The position numbers were made by a program, and so were the translations under genes. Under the pieces are notes generated by a model, which saw only the letters and a program-made list of their open reading frames with translations, ran no database searches and had not been told where the DNA came from. Source: Promethearchaeota archaeon (GTDB lineage: Archaea; Asgardarchaeota; Lokiarchaeia; Sigyniarchaeales; SOKP01). Taken from it: a stretch of 49,276 nt of DNA. Positions 39,143-47,806 of the stretch are shown here, in pieces. The DNA is taken from contig JBHLNY010000002.1 of assembly GCA_048941065.1 (NCBI GenBank), positions 1-49,276 of the forward strand, written 5' to 3'. Each line of letters begins with the position of its first letter. The stretch's first letter is position 1.

Positions 39143-40189
39143 CTATAAACATTCTGAGAATAAACATATTTTAGATAATAATGCTGAGATTTGAATGTCA
39201 TTATCTATTCCATCAATTGCTCTAAAATCAGAATCTGCTATTAAGTTGATTAATTTGACTCGTACAAATTTACTTAAAGGTAATTTATTTAATTCCTTAA
39301 GCAGAAGAGAAAATATTTCATGTGGGTTATATTTATAATTAGAAATAATTTTTCGCGCTAAATCTCTCGATTTTGGGAAATCTCCTCGGAGAGCCATCAA
39401 CAAAAGATTTCTTATAAGATCATTTTGAAATCTTTGCGAATTTTCATATAATTTTTTCATATCTATACTTTTCCCTGAAATACTACATAGTTGTAATAGA
39501 TCAATTGCTTTCGAAATTTTCCCTTCAGAAACCTTGAATAAAACTTCAATAGCATTATCATTAATATCCAGAGATTCATTTTTAGCGACATCTTTTATCA
39601 AATCTCTAAATTTATCGAATTCTGCACGAGAAATTAGTATTATTTGACATCTACTCACAATAGGATCGATAATACTTGAAACTTTAGTTGAGATTAAAAT
39701 TACTCTACAATTAGAGCCGTAAATCTCCATTAATCTCCTAAAGCCTTGCTGATTGGATCCTAAAAACTCAAAATTTTTTACTACTAATATTTTGAATGGA
39801 GCATCTCCAATTACCTTTAATTGTACAAAAGGTTTAACTCTAACTTGGATAAAAGCAGGAGTAGTTATAGTTCTACCTGCCATGCTTCCGATTTTACTTG
39901 TTGAAATATATGCTTCAGATTTTGCTTGTTTCCGTTCATCATCACTTAATGGAACATCAGCATAAATTAATTTGAAGTTAGCATCATAATTATTACTTAA
40001 AAATTCCTTTGCAAATAATTGGGCGATAGTGGTTTTTCCAATACCTTCAGAACCTATAAACAATATATGAGGAAAATTTTTCTGTTTTATAAATTGCTTT
40101 AATGTATTTTTGACATTATCTCTTCCACAAATTCCGTCTAAGTTCTTTGGATGGTATTTGATTCTCCAAATTGGAATATTAGTCTTCAA
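39143..40189 (-). CDS. divergent RFC small-subunit paralogue (Walker B lost, SRC retained)
   Basis: 348 aa, TTG start. IWRIKYHPKNL (degenerate box II), GSEGIGKT (altered P-loop), VVKNFEFL where DEAD is expected, and IDPIVSRCQII (SRC arginine-finger motif kept). It has about 28 extra residues between the P-loop and the Walker B position. Confidence 0.75.
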   Translation of the reverse strand: MKTNIPIWRIKYHPKNLDGICGRDNVKNTLKQFIKQKNFPHILFIGSEGIGKTTIAQLFAKEFLSNNYDANFKLIYADVPLSDDERKQAKSEAYISTSKIGSMAGRTITTPAFIQVRVKPFVQLKVIGDAPFKILVVKNFEFLGSNQQGFRRLMEIYGSNCRVILISTKVSSIIDPIVSRCQIILISRAEFDKFRDLIKDVAKNESLDINDNAIEVLFKVSEGKISKAIDLLQLCSISGKSIDMKKLYENSQRFQNDLIRNLLLMALRGDFPKSRDLARKIISNYKYNPHEIFSLLLKELNKLPLSKFVRVKLINLIADSDFRAIDGIDNDIQISALLSKICLFSECL

Positions 40190-40243
40190 TATCTTACCGC
40201 TTCATAATTTTTTTACTATTATTTTTATCCAAATCTTGAAGTT

Positions 40244-41218
40244 TTATTTATTTACTAATTCTATCATTTTCGCTATAATTGCTGAAATTTGAATGTGTTC
40301 ATCTGCACCTTGACTTATTCGATAATCTATATCTCCAATAAAAGAGTTTAAACTAGTTAAATTCTGAGAATCCATATTAAGTAAAGACAAGGAGTCTAAT
40401 AGTTGACGAATGAAATTTCTACTATCGAGATTTTCAACCGAGTTAATTAATTCTCTAGATTTTTTGAAATCTTTATTTTTAATAGCTTCAATCAGAAATT
40501 TTAAGGTGGACTCGTCTAAAAATCCAGAAATTTTTAGGATTTCATCAATGTCTAAATCATCTAATAATTCAAGTGCTACTGACATTTGTAGTGTATTTAT
40601 TGCTTTCCTTAAATCACCACCTGAAATAAAATATAACTTTTCAAAAAACTCTTGTGATTTCTCGGAAGGAATTGCAAGCTTTTCCTTTTTTGAGATATAC
40701 TTTAATCTTTCTACAATTTTCTCCTTAGAAAGATTAACAAACCTAAATACAGCACATCGAGATATTATAGGATCTATAATTCTATTTATATAATTACATA
40801 ATAATATGAATTTAACGTTATTAGATGCCTTTTCTATAATCCTTCTAAGAGCTTGTTGAACTTGGGATGGAATATTATCTGCTTCATCCAAAATCACAAA
40901 TTTCAAGGTCCCATTTTTTATGATATTTTGATCTACAAAGCTTTTAAGAATGTTCCTTACAAAATCTATTCTTACGGTGTCAGAAGCATTCAATTCTAGA
41001 AGATTTGTATCAATCTCTTCTTTTTTGAGGAAGGTTCTTGCTATTATTAATGCAGTACTTGTTTTTCCCGTTCCAGCAGGACCAGCAAAAATCATATGGG
41101 GCATGTTAGTAGTTTGTACAAATTTTCTTATGTTATTAATAGCAATATTTTGACTTACGATATCATCAAAAGATTTTGGACGATATTTTTCTACCCAAGG
41201 AAAAATTTCTAAGCTCAT
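40244..41218 (-). CDS. rfcS: replication factor C small subunit (canonical)
   Basis: 324 aa. PWVEKYRPKSFDDIV, GPAGTGKTS, ILDEADN, LLCN sensor 1, IISRC. Confidence 0.92.
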   Translation of the reverse strand: MSLEIFPWVEKYRPKSFDDIVSQNIAINNIRKFVQTTNMPHMIFAGPAGTGKTSTALIIARTFLKKEEIDTNLLELNASDTVRIDFVRNILKSFVDQNIIKNGTLKFVILDEADNIPSQVQQALRRIIEKASNNVKFILLCNYINRIIDPIISRCAVFRFVNLSKEKIVERLKYISKKEKLAIPSEKSQEFFEKLYFISGGDLRKAINTLQMSVALELLDDLDIDEILKISGFLDESTLKFLIEAIKNKDFKKSRELINSVENLDSRNFIRQLLDSLSLLNMDSQNLTSLNSFIGDIDYRISQGADEHIQISAIIAKMIELVNK

Positions 41219-41246
41219 TTTCTAAAAAAATGTTAATTTTAAGACG

Positions 41247-41717
41247 CTATTTAGTTAAATTTAACTCTAAAACCTCGAATACTTTTTTAAAATCCATACT
41301 TTTGTATAAGTCTGAAGCCTTCTTTGCTTCTTCTCTTATATTAACTTTAACTTTCTCAACTTTTATCTTTTTAAGATGTTCAAGAGCTTTTTCAAGTAAT
41401 TTTCGACCGTATCCCTTACCACGATAATCCTCCTTTAAGAAAAATTGCTTAATATATCCTTCTGAGGTCCCAAAAGGGTCTATTCTAAGTTCTGCTATTA
41501 TCATGCCAGCAACTTTATTTTCTTCTTCATCTATGGCAATTAAAATTCCATGTCTTTGCAATGGGTCGTATAATCTTCTTCGAATTCCCCAGTCGAAACG
41601 TTTTGGATCAAATTTTTCTCCTAATTCCTCAACAAGGTGTTTCGTTAGATCTCGTAAATCCTCAATTTGTGCTGGAGAAGCGATCTCTACCTTTATATCA
41701 GCCATTTCAATCATCAT
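41247..41717 (-). CDS. GNAT family N-acetyltransferase
   Basis: 156 aa. Acetyl-CoA motif A YRGKGYGRKLLEKALEHLKK. Confidence 0.85.
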   Translation of the reverse strand: MMIEMADIKVEIASPAQIEDLRDLTKHLVEELGEKFDPKRFDWGIRRRLYDPLQRHGILIAIDEEENKVAGMIIAELRIDPFGTSEGYIKQFFLKEDYRGKGYGRKLLEKALEHLKKIKVEKVKVNIREEAKKASDLYKSMDFKKVFEVLELNLTK

Positions 41718-41885
41718 AAAGAATTTATAGTTTAATATAAATTTTTTAGTTAAATCTATATTTAAATTTTCTTGACTTGTAATAAATAATAAAATTAAAC
41801 GATAAGAATTTTATTTAATAATTTTTTATAAACTTAATTTTTGTTAATTGTCTTTTTCTCTTAATAAAAATAAAAGGAGAATCAA

Positions 41886-41901
41886 GGAAGGTCATCCTTC
41901 C
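41886..41901 (-). terminator. GC-rich hairpin followed by a T-run, downstream of the 1198-aa gene
   Basis: GGAAGG-TCAT-CCTTCC. On the minus strand it is followed by TTGATTCTCCTTTTATTTTTATT. Confidence 0.3.
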
Positions 41902-42010
41902 CGTAAATTCTCTTTGAGAAAAATAGTGATCAACAAGTGACTATTTCTATAACCATGACTATTTAAACATCACATTTTTTTAGGAATAAATTCATTGAGA
42001 AAAAGAATTC

Positions 42011-45000
42011 TTAATCATGCTCTTCTTTTGGAAGTAATGGATGGTATATAGGCTTGAGCCCTTCTCCGTAGAGTTTGTAATTCATCCATCTTTTTTCTTT
42101 TTTACTCCACTTTAAATTTTTTAAAGGATTATAGGATTTCAAAAAACTCAAATCTTGATAAAGAAACTCGAGTAATTTTTTCCCATCGATCATATCATTC
42201 AAAATAAGATAATGATCAATTCCTAAATAATGAAATAATAATTCAAAAATGCTTTCAAACTCATTTATTTCACAATCTGGAAAATATAGCTTAATCATTA
42301 CCCCATTCTCAAAACTAATTTCATCATTCATACCATAGATAAAATATTCTCCTTCAATTTCATATACAAAACCAAAATTGAAAAAGCTAAAGATTTGTAG
42401 TATTTTTTTATTTAATTCTTTCTTTATATTCGGTAAAATAATATAAATCTTTTCGAGTAAACCTAGATTCTTTAATTTAATATAAGGAAAGATTAAACTT
42501 TCTTTAAGAAGATCTGGAACTACATTATTCTCAAAATTATATGAATATAAGTCACTTGCTCTCCAATTATATATTTGGACTAATTTCTCAAAATACATAG
42601 AATTTTGGCCAAAAAATTCTGAGCTTTTTAGATCGCCTAAATTAAAATGCTTCACTTTTGATACTTGGGATTTGTATGTAGGATTGAAGAGAATATTTTG
42701 AATATGAATCTTGAATCGATTAGGATCATAGTTCCATTTGTTTTTGCCTAGATTGTAATTAAAATTAAATATCTGAAAAACTTTCTTCAAAAAAAATAGG
42801 CAATATTCCCGAACATTCTTTTTTGTCTTTGTATGATAATTTAAATATGCCTTATTAGGATTACGGTATGGATATAGGTAGTTAATAAATAGGGAACTAG
42901 AACTATCAATGCGAACTGGATATTTTACTTTTTGAAAAGTATTACTCAATAAAAGTTTCAAATCTGTATCTCCTAAATTAAAAGGTCGAATAAAGAGAAA
43001 ATATTGTGATAAACCAAACTGTTCGAAACACGGTATAAACTTTATTGATTTAATGTAATTTTTAATAAGGGATGTTCCTGTTCGTTTGTTATTTAAAATA
43101 TTTAGAGTTAAGTCATCATGAAATTGAAATATTTCATTTAATAATTTTTTATTATATTCAGCATTCTCTTTTATAAAACGTGTTTCAACCTTTTTACTTA
43201 AGTCTTTTAAATTTTTTTCTGTAAACCATAAAAAATTATGAATTTTGTCAGAGAATTCTTGGCGAATTTCAAGGGGATTACCTAAAATTTTTTGTACATA
43301 CAAAAAGTATTGCTTATACAAATCTTTACTATAAAAAAATTGATTTGATCTAAAATCATAAAAATCTAAAAAAGGGTATTGTAATGGACCTATCATTCCT
43401 ATTAATCCACTCCAATAAAGTCTTTTGAAGTTAATTAGATTTTCACCGAATAAAGAGTGCAAAATTGATAAAAATAAATCTTTTTCCTTTAAATTAGGAA
43501 GATACAAGATAACAAATATTAATTTATCGCCTGTAAATAAATCTTCTAAAGAAAATAGCCATGTCCTTGGAAAAAACTTTATCAATTTTCTTAAATTTCT
43601 CCGAGTTTCTGATCTATCCTTAAGAAAAAAGGCAGGAAAATAATTTGAAAATGTACTTGTTAAAATTGAGTTTATTAGTAAAGGTTTTGCTAAAGGAGGA
43701 TCTTGTTTAACAAACTTATCCAATATAGTTTCTATATCTTGGTTTGTAAGTTTCTCTGGGTCAAATACCGTATAAGAGTCTTTCAATTTTTCTTTTCTTG
43801 TTAAGTAAATTTCTTGCCTTATTTCTCTATTTTCAATTATTCGAATTATCTGGGCTATGTTAAATACTTTCAAACTATTACATAATTTAAAAAAATTGTT
43901 GAAAAATTGGAATTTTTCATGTTCTTTATAAAATTCTTTTTTTGATTTAAAGTATAAGGTAATAAATTTATTAAATAGCATGTGGTTAATTTTTTTAACG
44001 TTATATAAGAGGTTATATTCAAGTTCTTGTGAAAAGCCAGTTATATTGATAAACTCTTGAAGTTGGTATTCATTTTTAATTTCAGAATTACTAGTAAGTA
44101 TATTATTTATCTTATCAAGACATATTAAGAGATCGTTTAATAGGTTTTTTACATAGAAGAATCCATAGATTTGAAATTTTTTCAAGAAATATAAAAGAGC
44201 GTTTTTAAATTCAAGTGAACTATCAATTTTATGGAAATATTTGTTTAAGTTGTTCAGAATAGCTTTTTCACTTAATATCCTATTATTTATATCAGATTTT
44301 AATGCGTTAAGGGTTTCTATTCTTCTTTCAAATGTAAATCCTGCACCTGAAAAGCTATTTAATCTATCAAGAATTGCAAAATCTAAGATTGATAAGTTAG
44401 GTTTGAAAGAAGTAGGGATATATTCTATATTAAATTCAATCTCATATTTCTTCTTATAATTACTATTATCTCTATCTATAAATTTTCTCTTACTTTTGTG
44501 AAATTCTCTAAAATAATTAAGATTTAAAAGATTAGTAAAGCTTCTTGTCATTAAACACTTTTTCTCAAGAATATAACCATTTTTTTCCAATTTTTCTAAT
44601 AAAGATAAAAAATCCTTCACATATATCTTTGGAATATAAAACATGGCCGATAATTCGGAGGAAAAATTATTCCTTGACCGCTTAATCACAATTAAAAAAG
44701 GAATATTTTGTATAATTTTTTCAATACTAGCTCTCTTCAAAATTGGATTAAAAATAAAAAAAGTATGGATAAATATCACATTTATTGACATCCAATTGAA
44801 TTGTAAGCTAGGGCTGATGTACGTATAATTCTTAACCTTTCGCATCTTGTCAATATATTTATTTAAACTTAAATCTGTTTTGATAATATGTTTATTCTTA
44901 AATTCTTTAAAGTAATTTTCATATTCTAATAACGATTTATAGCTTTTTAAACGATAGAACATTTGACAAGTAATTCTAATTGTCTCAATCAAATCATCAT

Positions 45001-45607
45001 CATTCATAAATTCAGCTGTTTCCAGAGCATATTCTTTGAAAAGTATTGTATAAAAGAGATCTCCCATATTTTCTATGATTGTAGCATTCCTACGTAAGAA
45101 TCCAATAGTAAATGATATAGCTCCCTCAAGTTTTAAATACTTTTCCAATTTGTCAAGTAAAGCATCCATTAATTCGTAATCTACTATTTGATGATAGATT
45201 AAAGAATTCCATTCCTCTATCAGGGAGAATTTGGAAAATTCATTAGTAAGAAGTTGATGAATTATGAATTGCACGTTTCTTTTTTCTAATAAAGTATCTG
45301 GAATAAAACAATTATAGATTTCTCTAAGTAAAATAATTGGTAAATACTTATTATATTTCTTATAAACCTCTATTGATAAATGATCAGATTTGACATGTCT
45401 ATTAACCCCTAGACTAAAAATATTTTCATTATTGATTTCAGGTTGAATGGTTTCACTAAACGATATTTCTATGATTCTATAAAGGGGAGTTAAATCTAAG
45501 AATGATTCAATTTCAGTGAGCACTTTCTGAAAGACTTCATTTATTTTACTTGCATCTGCTTCAGGTGAAAGATCTACCAAAGAATCAACAAATTCTAACA
45601 TTGTCAT
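42011..45607 (-). CDS. 1198-aa orphan protein built from repeated strand-helix modules
   Basis: Long uninterrupted ORF rich in F/Y/N/K/L/I. No P-loop, nuclease, protease or metal motif recognised. It has internal repeats and a C-terminal module shared with the 379-aa ORF at 46628..47767. Confidence 0.8.
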   Translation of the reverse strand: MTMLEFVDSLVDLSPEADASKINEVFQKVLTEIESFLDLTPLYRIIEISFSETIQPEINNENIFSLGVNRHVKSDHLSIEVYKKYNKYLPIILLREIYNCFIPDTLLEKRNVQFIIHQLLTNEFSKFSLIEEWNSLIYHQIVDYELMDALLDKLEKYLKLEGAISFTIGFLRRNATIIENMGDLFYTILFKEYALETAEFMNDDDLIETIRITCQMFYRLKSYKSLLEYENYFKEFKNKHIIKTDLSLNKYIDKMRKVKNYTYISPSLQFNWMSINVIFIHTFFIFNPILKRASIEKIIQNIPFLIVIKRSRNNFSSELSAMFYIPKIYVKDFLSLLEKLEKNGYILEKKCLMTRSFTNLLNLNYFREFHKSKRKFIDRDNSNYKKKYEIEFNIEYIPTSFKPNLSILDFAILDRLNSFSGAGFTFERRIETLNALKSDINNRILSEKAILNNLNKYFHKIDSSLEFKNALLYFLKKFQIYGFFYVKNLLNDLLICLDKINNILTSNSEIKNEYQLQEFINITGFSQELEYNLLYNVKKINHMLFNKFITLYFKSKKEFYKEHEKFQFFNNFFKLCNSLKVFNIAQIIRIIENREIRQEIYLTRKEKLKDSYTVFDPEKLTNQDIETILDKFVKQDPPLAKPLLINSILTSTFSNYFPAFFLKDRSETRRNLRKLIKFFPRTWLFSLEDLFTGDKLIFVILYLPNLKEKDLFLSILHSLFGENLINFKRLYWSGLIGMIGPLQYPFLDFYDFRSNQFFYSKDLYKQYFLYVQKILGNPLEIRQEFSDKIHNFLWFTEKNLKDLSKKVETRFIKENAEYNKKLLNEIFQFHDDLTLNILNNKRTGTSLIKNYIKSIKFIPCFEQFGLSQYFLFIRPFNLGDTDLKLLLSNTFQKVKYPVRIDSSSSLFINYLYPYRNPNKAYLNYHTKTKKNVREYCLFFLKKVFQIFNFNYNLGKNKWNYDPNRFKIHIQNILFNPTYKSQVSKVKHFNLGDLKSSEFFGQNSMYFEKLVQIYNWRASDLYSYNFENNVVPDLLKESLIFPYIKLKNLGLLEKIYIILPNIKKELNKKILQIFSFFNFGFVYEIEGEYFIYGMNDEISFENGVMIKLYFPDCEINEFESIFELLFHYLGIDHYLILNDMIDGKKLLEFLYQDLSFLKSYNPLKNLKWSKKEKRWMNYKLYGEGLKPIYHPLLPKEEHD

Positions 45608-45940
45608 CTATATTTCAAATTTTAATGCATATTATCACTAAATCCCATTGGAAAATAACCATCTTTAAATATACGATAATTAATAGTTAATACTCTTAAA
45701 CTCTATTTAAAATTTTGGATAATTATGGTTAGTTGTATACTATAAATATTTTTAATATTTACTTAAATTCAACAATTTTTTCGTTCACTTTAAAAATAAA
45801 TCTAAAAAGATAGTATTGTAGGTATGATTACCTACGTGTTGGTTAACGGGGAGGAGGTTAACTAGAAATGTTATTCCCAGGAGAAACAGTTCCTTAAATG
45901 ATCGTGAGATTCACTATTGAATCTTACAATTTATATTTCT

Positions 45941-45992
45941 ATTAATGGAGCACTCCATTAATTTTACATTATGAAGGCAAAGCCTTCATAAT
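45941..45992 (-). terminator. two tandem perfect hairpins 30-80 nt downstream of the 174-aa gene
   Basis: ATTAATGGAG-CA-CTCCATTAAT (45941-45962) and ATTATGAAGGC-AAA-GCCTTCATAAT (45968-45992). The palindromic stems could act on either strand. Confidence 0.35.
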
Positions 45993-46023
45993 AGACAATC
46001 ATTATAAAAACGTTTTACCGTAG

Positions 46024-46548
46024 TTATAAATCACGTTTTTTCAAGATAACATCTTTGCCCTTATTAGTAGCATATTCAATGATAGCATCCATAAGTTGTC
46101 TTGCTTTAGCTCTATTGAGAATGGCGAACTTAATAGATTTAATAATTTGTTGATCAGGTCCAATTAAAAATTTGATTTTAAATACATTTGTTCTTCTTTG
46201 CAGTTCTATAGGTTTAAGTGATCCTATTTCTTTTCCTAATGCTTTCAATTTCATAGCATCAAATTCAGACCAACTGATTTCAAAACGAATTTTTTTTGGT
46301 TTTATGATCATAAATTTTTCATTTGAAAGTACATATCTTACCCACTTATTTCTTGAATAGGCATAAACACTGAGAGGAACTATAATGGCTAGTAATACTC
46401 CCTCAAATATTAGAAAATAAATAAAGGCAACACCAGGGAAGCCACTAAACGCTATAGTAAGTATTATAAAGAGACCTACAATACAACCAAAGAATATATA
46501 ATATCTAGTTTTAAGATTTTCGACTAACTCAAATTCATTAGATTCCAT
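46024..46548 (-). CDS. two-TM membrane protein with PH-like (bPH-like) cytosolic domain
   Basis: 174 aa. Two adjacent hydrophobic helices (YYIFFGCIVGLFIILTIAFSGF and AFIYFLIFEGVLLAIIVPLSVYAY), then a beta-rich segment and a terminal helix. This is the layout typical of bacterial PH-domain membrane proteins. Inference only. Confidence 0.6.
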   Translation of the reverse strand: MESNEFELVENLKTRYYIFFGCIVGLFIILTIAFSGFPGVAFIYFLIFEGVLLAIIVPLSVYAYSRNKWVRYVLSNEKFMIIKPKKIRFEISWSEFDAMKLKALGKEIGSLKPIELQRRTNVFKIKFLIGPDQQIIKSIKFAILNRAKARQLMDAIIEYATNKGKDVILKKRDL

Positions 46549-46571
46549 AGAATGTAGATAAGTTAAATATC

Positions 46572-46579
46572 TATATAAA
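46572..46579 (-). promoter_or_regulatory. TATA-like box upstream of the 174-aa gene
   Basis: Minus-strand TTTATATA centred about 27 nt upstream of the ATG at 46548, with no SD. This fits a leaderless internal promoter. Specificity is low in AT-rich DNA. Confidence 0.3.
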
Positions 46580-46627
46580 TATTAACTTTTTGTAATTCCA
46601 CTTCTTCGACCTTATTATTTAAAAACT

Positions 46628-47767
46628 TTAATCCAGTAATTTTTCAATCTCATCAATTTTTTTAAGAAGCCAGTTCTTAAAGTATGGAAAATCTTTGATG
46701 GAGGGAATCTTAGTAGTTCCTTTCAGTGATTGTTTATGATTTTTTATTTCATTTTCTATTGGATTATCTATAGTATTTCCAAATAAATCCATTAATATCT
46801 TATTATTCAGTTGTAACTTCTTGAAAATGAATTGAAAATCAGATAAGTCATTATCAACTAAGTTATATTTCGAGATGTTCATTTGTACCCATTCGCTTAA
46901 GAATTCTTCAGATATCCCCTCTTTCCAATGATGGTTTCGTAGGTAATTGTATAATTTCTGGGGATTGAATAATTCTTCTAATTCTAAGTGTGCGGAATTT
47001 ACCCGCTTATTCCTATATTCATGAAGGAGTTGGATAAACTCCTTAGCAATATTTTTGTTCTGTGATATAATGATTTCATATTCATGGGAATAATCCTTTA
47101 ATATTTTATGTGTTCTGGGTTGTGAGTATGATTCAAATTTTAGAGATGGTATATCAGGAATATTTATATCAAAATATGTATGCGTGAATTGTAGAATTTT
47201 GTTCCAGTATCGCTTATCATAGTCAGCAAGAATCTCTGGAAGATTCAATAACTTTTCATCTTGATTTAGTTCAGTAAAAATTCTCGTAGCAGCAGCTTTA
47301 ATCTTTATAATCTTGTCTTGTAAAATGATTTCATTTTCAGAAGTAGAGATTAGATGATTTTCAAAATCTAAATTAGAATTATCTTCATAATTAAGAAATT
47401 GATTATTTTTTTTATTATAAAATAGAAAATCACTTCCATTCGCAAGGTCTTGAACATTCATATTAGTATTTATGATACATCGCATTCCGTCCAGTTCCAT
47501 AAGTTCAGAGATTTTATCTTTGTCAACATTATAGATAAAAAAGAGAGTAGGGTTCTGAGAGTAGGAGTTACTTTTTTCATATTCGAGAATCTCTTTTAGA
47601 TTATGCAATGCTGTTGATTCTAGATCAACTATATTATAACCAACAGTAAAAAGCTCTAAGGAATGAAGATGCTTTAAATCAATGTATGGAAAAATTACTA
47701 AGTTCTTCTGTTGAAAAAATAATATATTCAAAAATTCTGGTGTAATAAAATCAACTCCTGAATCCAC
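46628..47767 (-). CDS. 379-aa orphan protein (N-terminal module shared with the 1198-aa protein, helical C-terminal half)
   Basis: GTG start preceded by GGTGGTGA with a 6-nt spacer. The N-terminal LVIFPYIDLKHLHSLE matches LIFPYIKLKNLGLLE in the giant ORF. No known motif. Confidence 0.7.
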   Translation of the reverse strand: MDSGVDFITPEFLNILFFQQKNLVIFPYIDLKHLHSLELFTVGYNIVDLESTALHNLKEILEYEKSNSYSQNPTLFFIYNVDKDKISELMELDGMRCIINTNMNVQDLANGSDFLFYNKKNNQFLNYEDNSNLDFENHLISTSENEIILQDKIIKIKAAATRIFTELNQDEKLLNLPEILADYDKRYWNKILQFTHTYFDINIPDIPSLKFESYSQPRTHKILKDYSHEYEIIISQNKNIAKEFIQLLHEYRNKRVNSAHLELEELFNPQKLYNYLRNHHWKEGISEEFLSEWVQMNISKYNLVDNDLSDFQFIFKKLQLNNKILMDLFGNTIDNPIENEIKNHKQSLKGTTKIPSIKDFPYFKNWLLKKIDEIEKLLD

Positions 47768-47806
47768 TTCGAATCACCACCTAATCTTAAACAAATTGGA
47801 ATTTAA

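Noticed and set aside
39753-41730. Plus-strand ORFs antisense to the RFC and GNAT genes (39753..39965, 40110..40292, 40410..40793, 40950..41153, 41176..41427, 41503..41730)
   Set aside because: All are antisense to well-supported genes and are compositionally biased.
43425-44828. Plus-strand ORFs 43425..43643, 44241..44459 and 44643..44828
   Set aside because: They are antisense to the 1198-aa ORF, short and Lys/Ile/Phe-rich.
45818-45925. C/D-box sRNA or tRNA in the structured spacer
   Set aside because: AUGAUCG/GUGA only loosely resemble a C box and no CUGA D box is suitably placed. No cloverleaf or T-loop consensus is visible. The region is reported only as an unclassified structured element.
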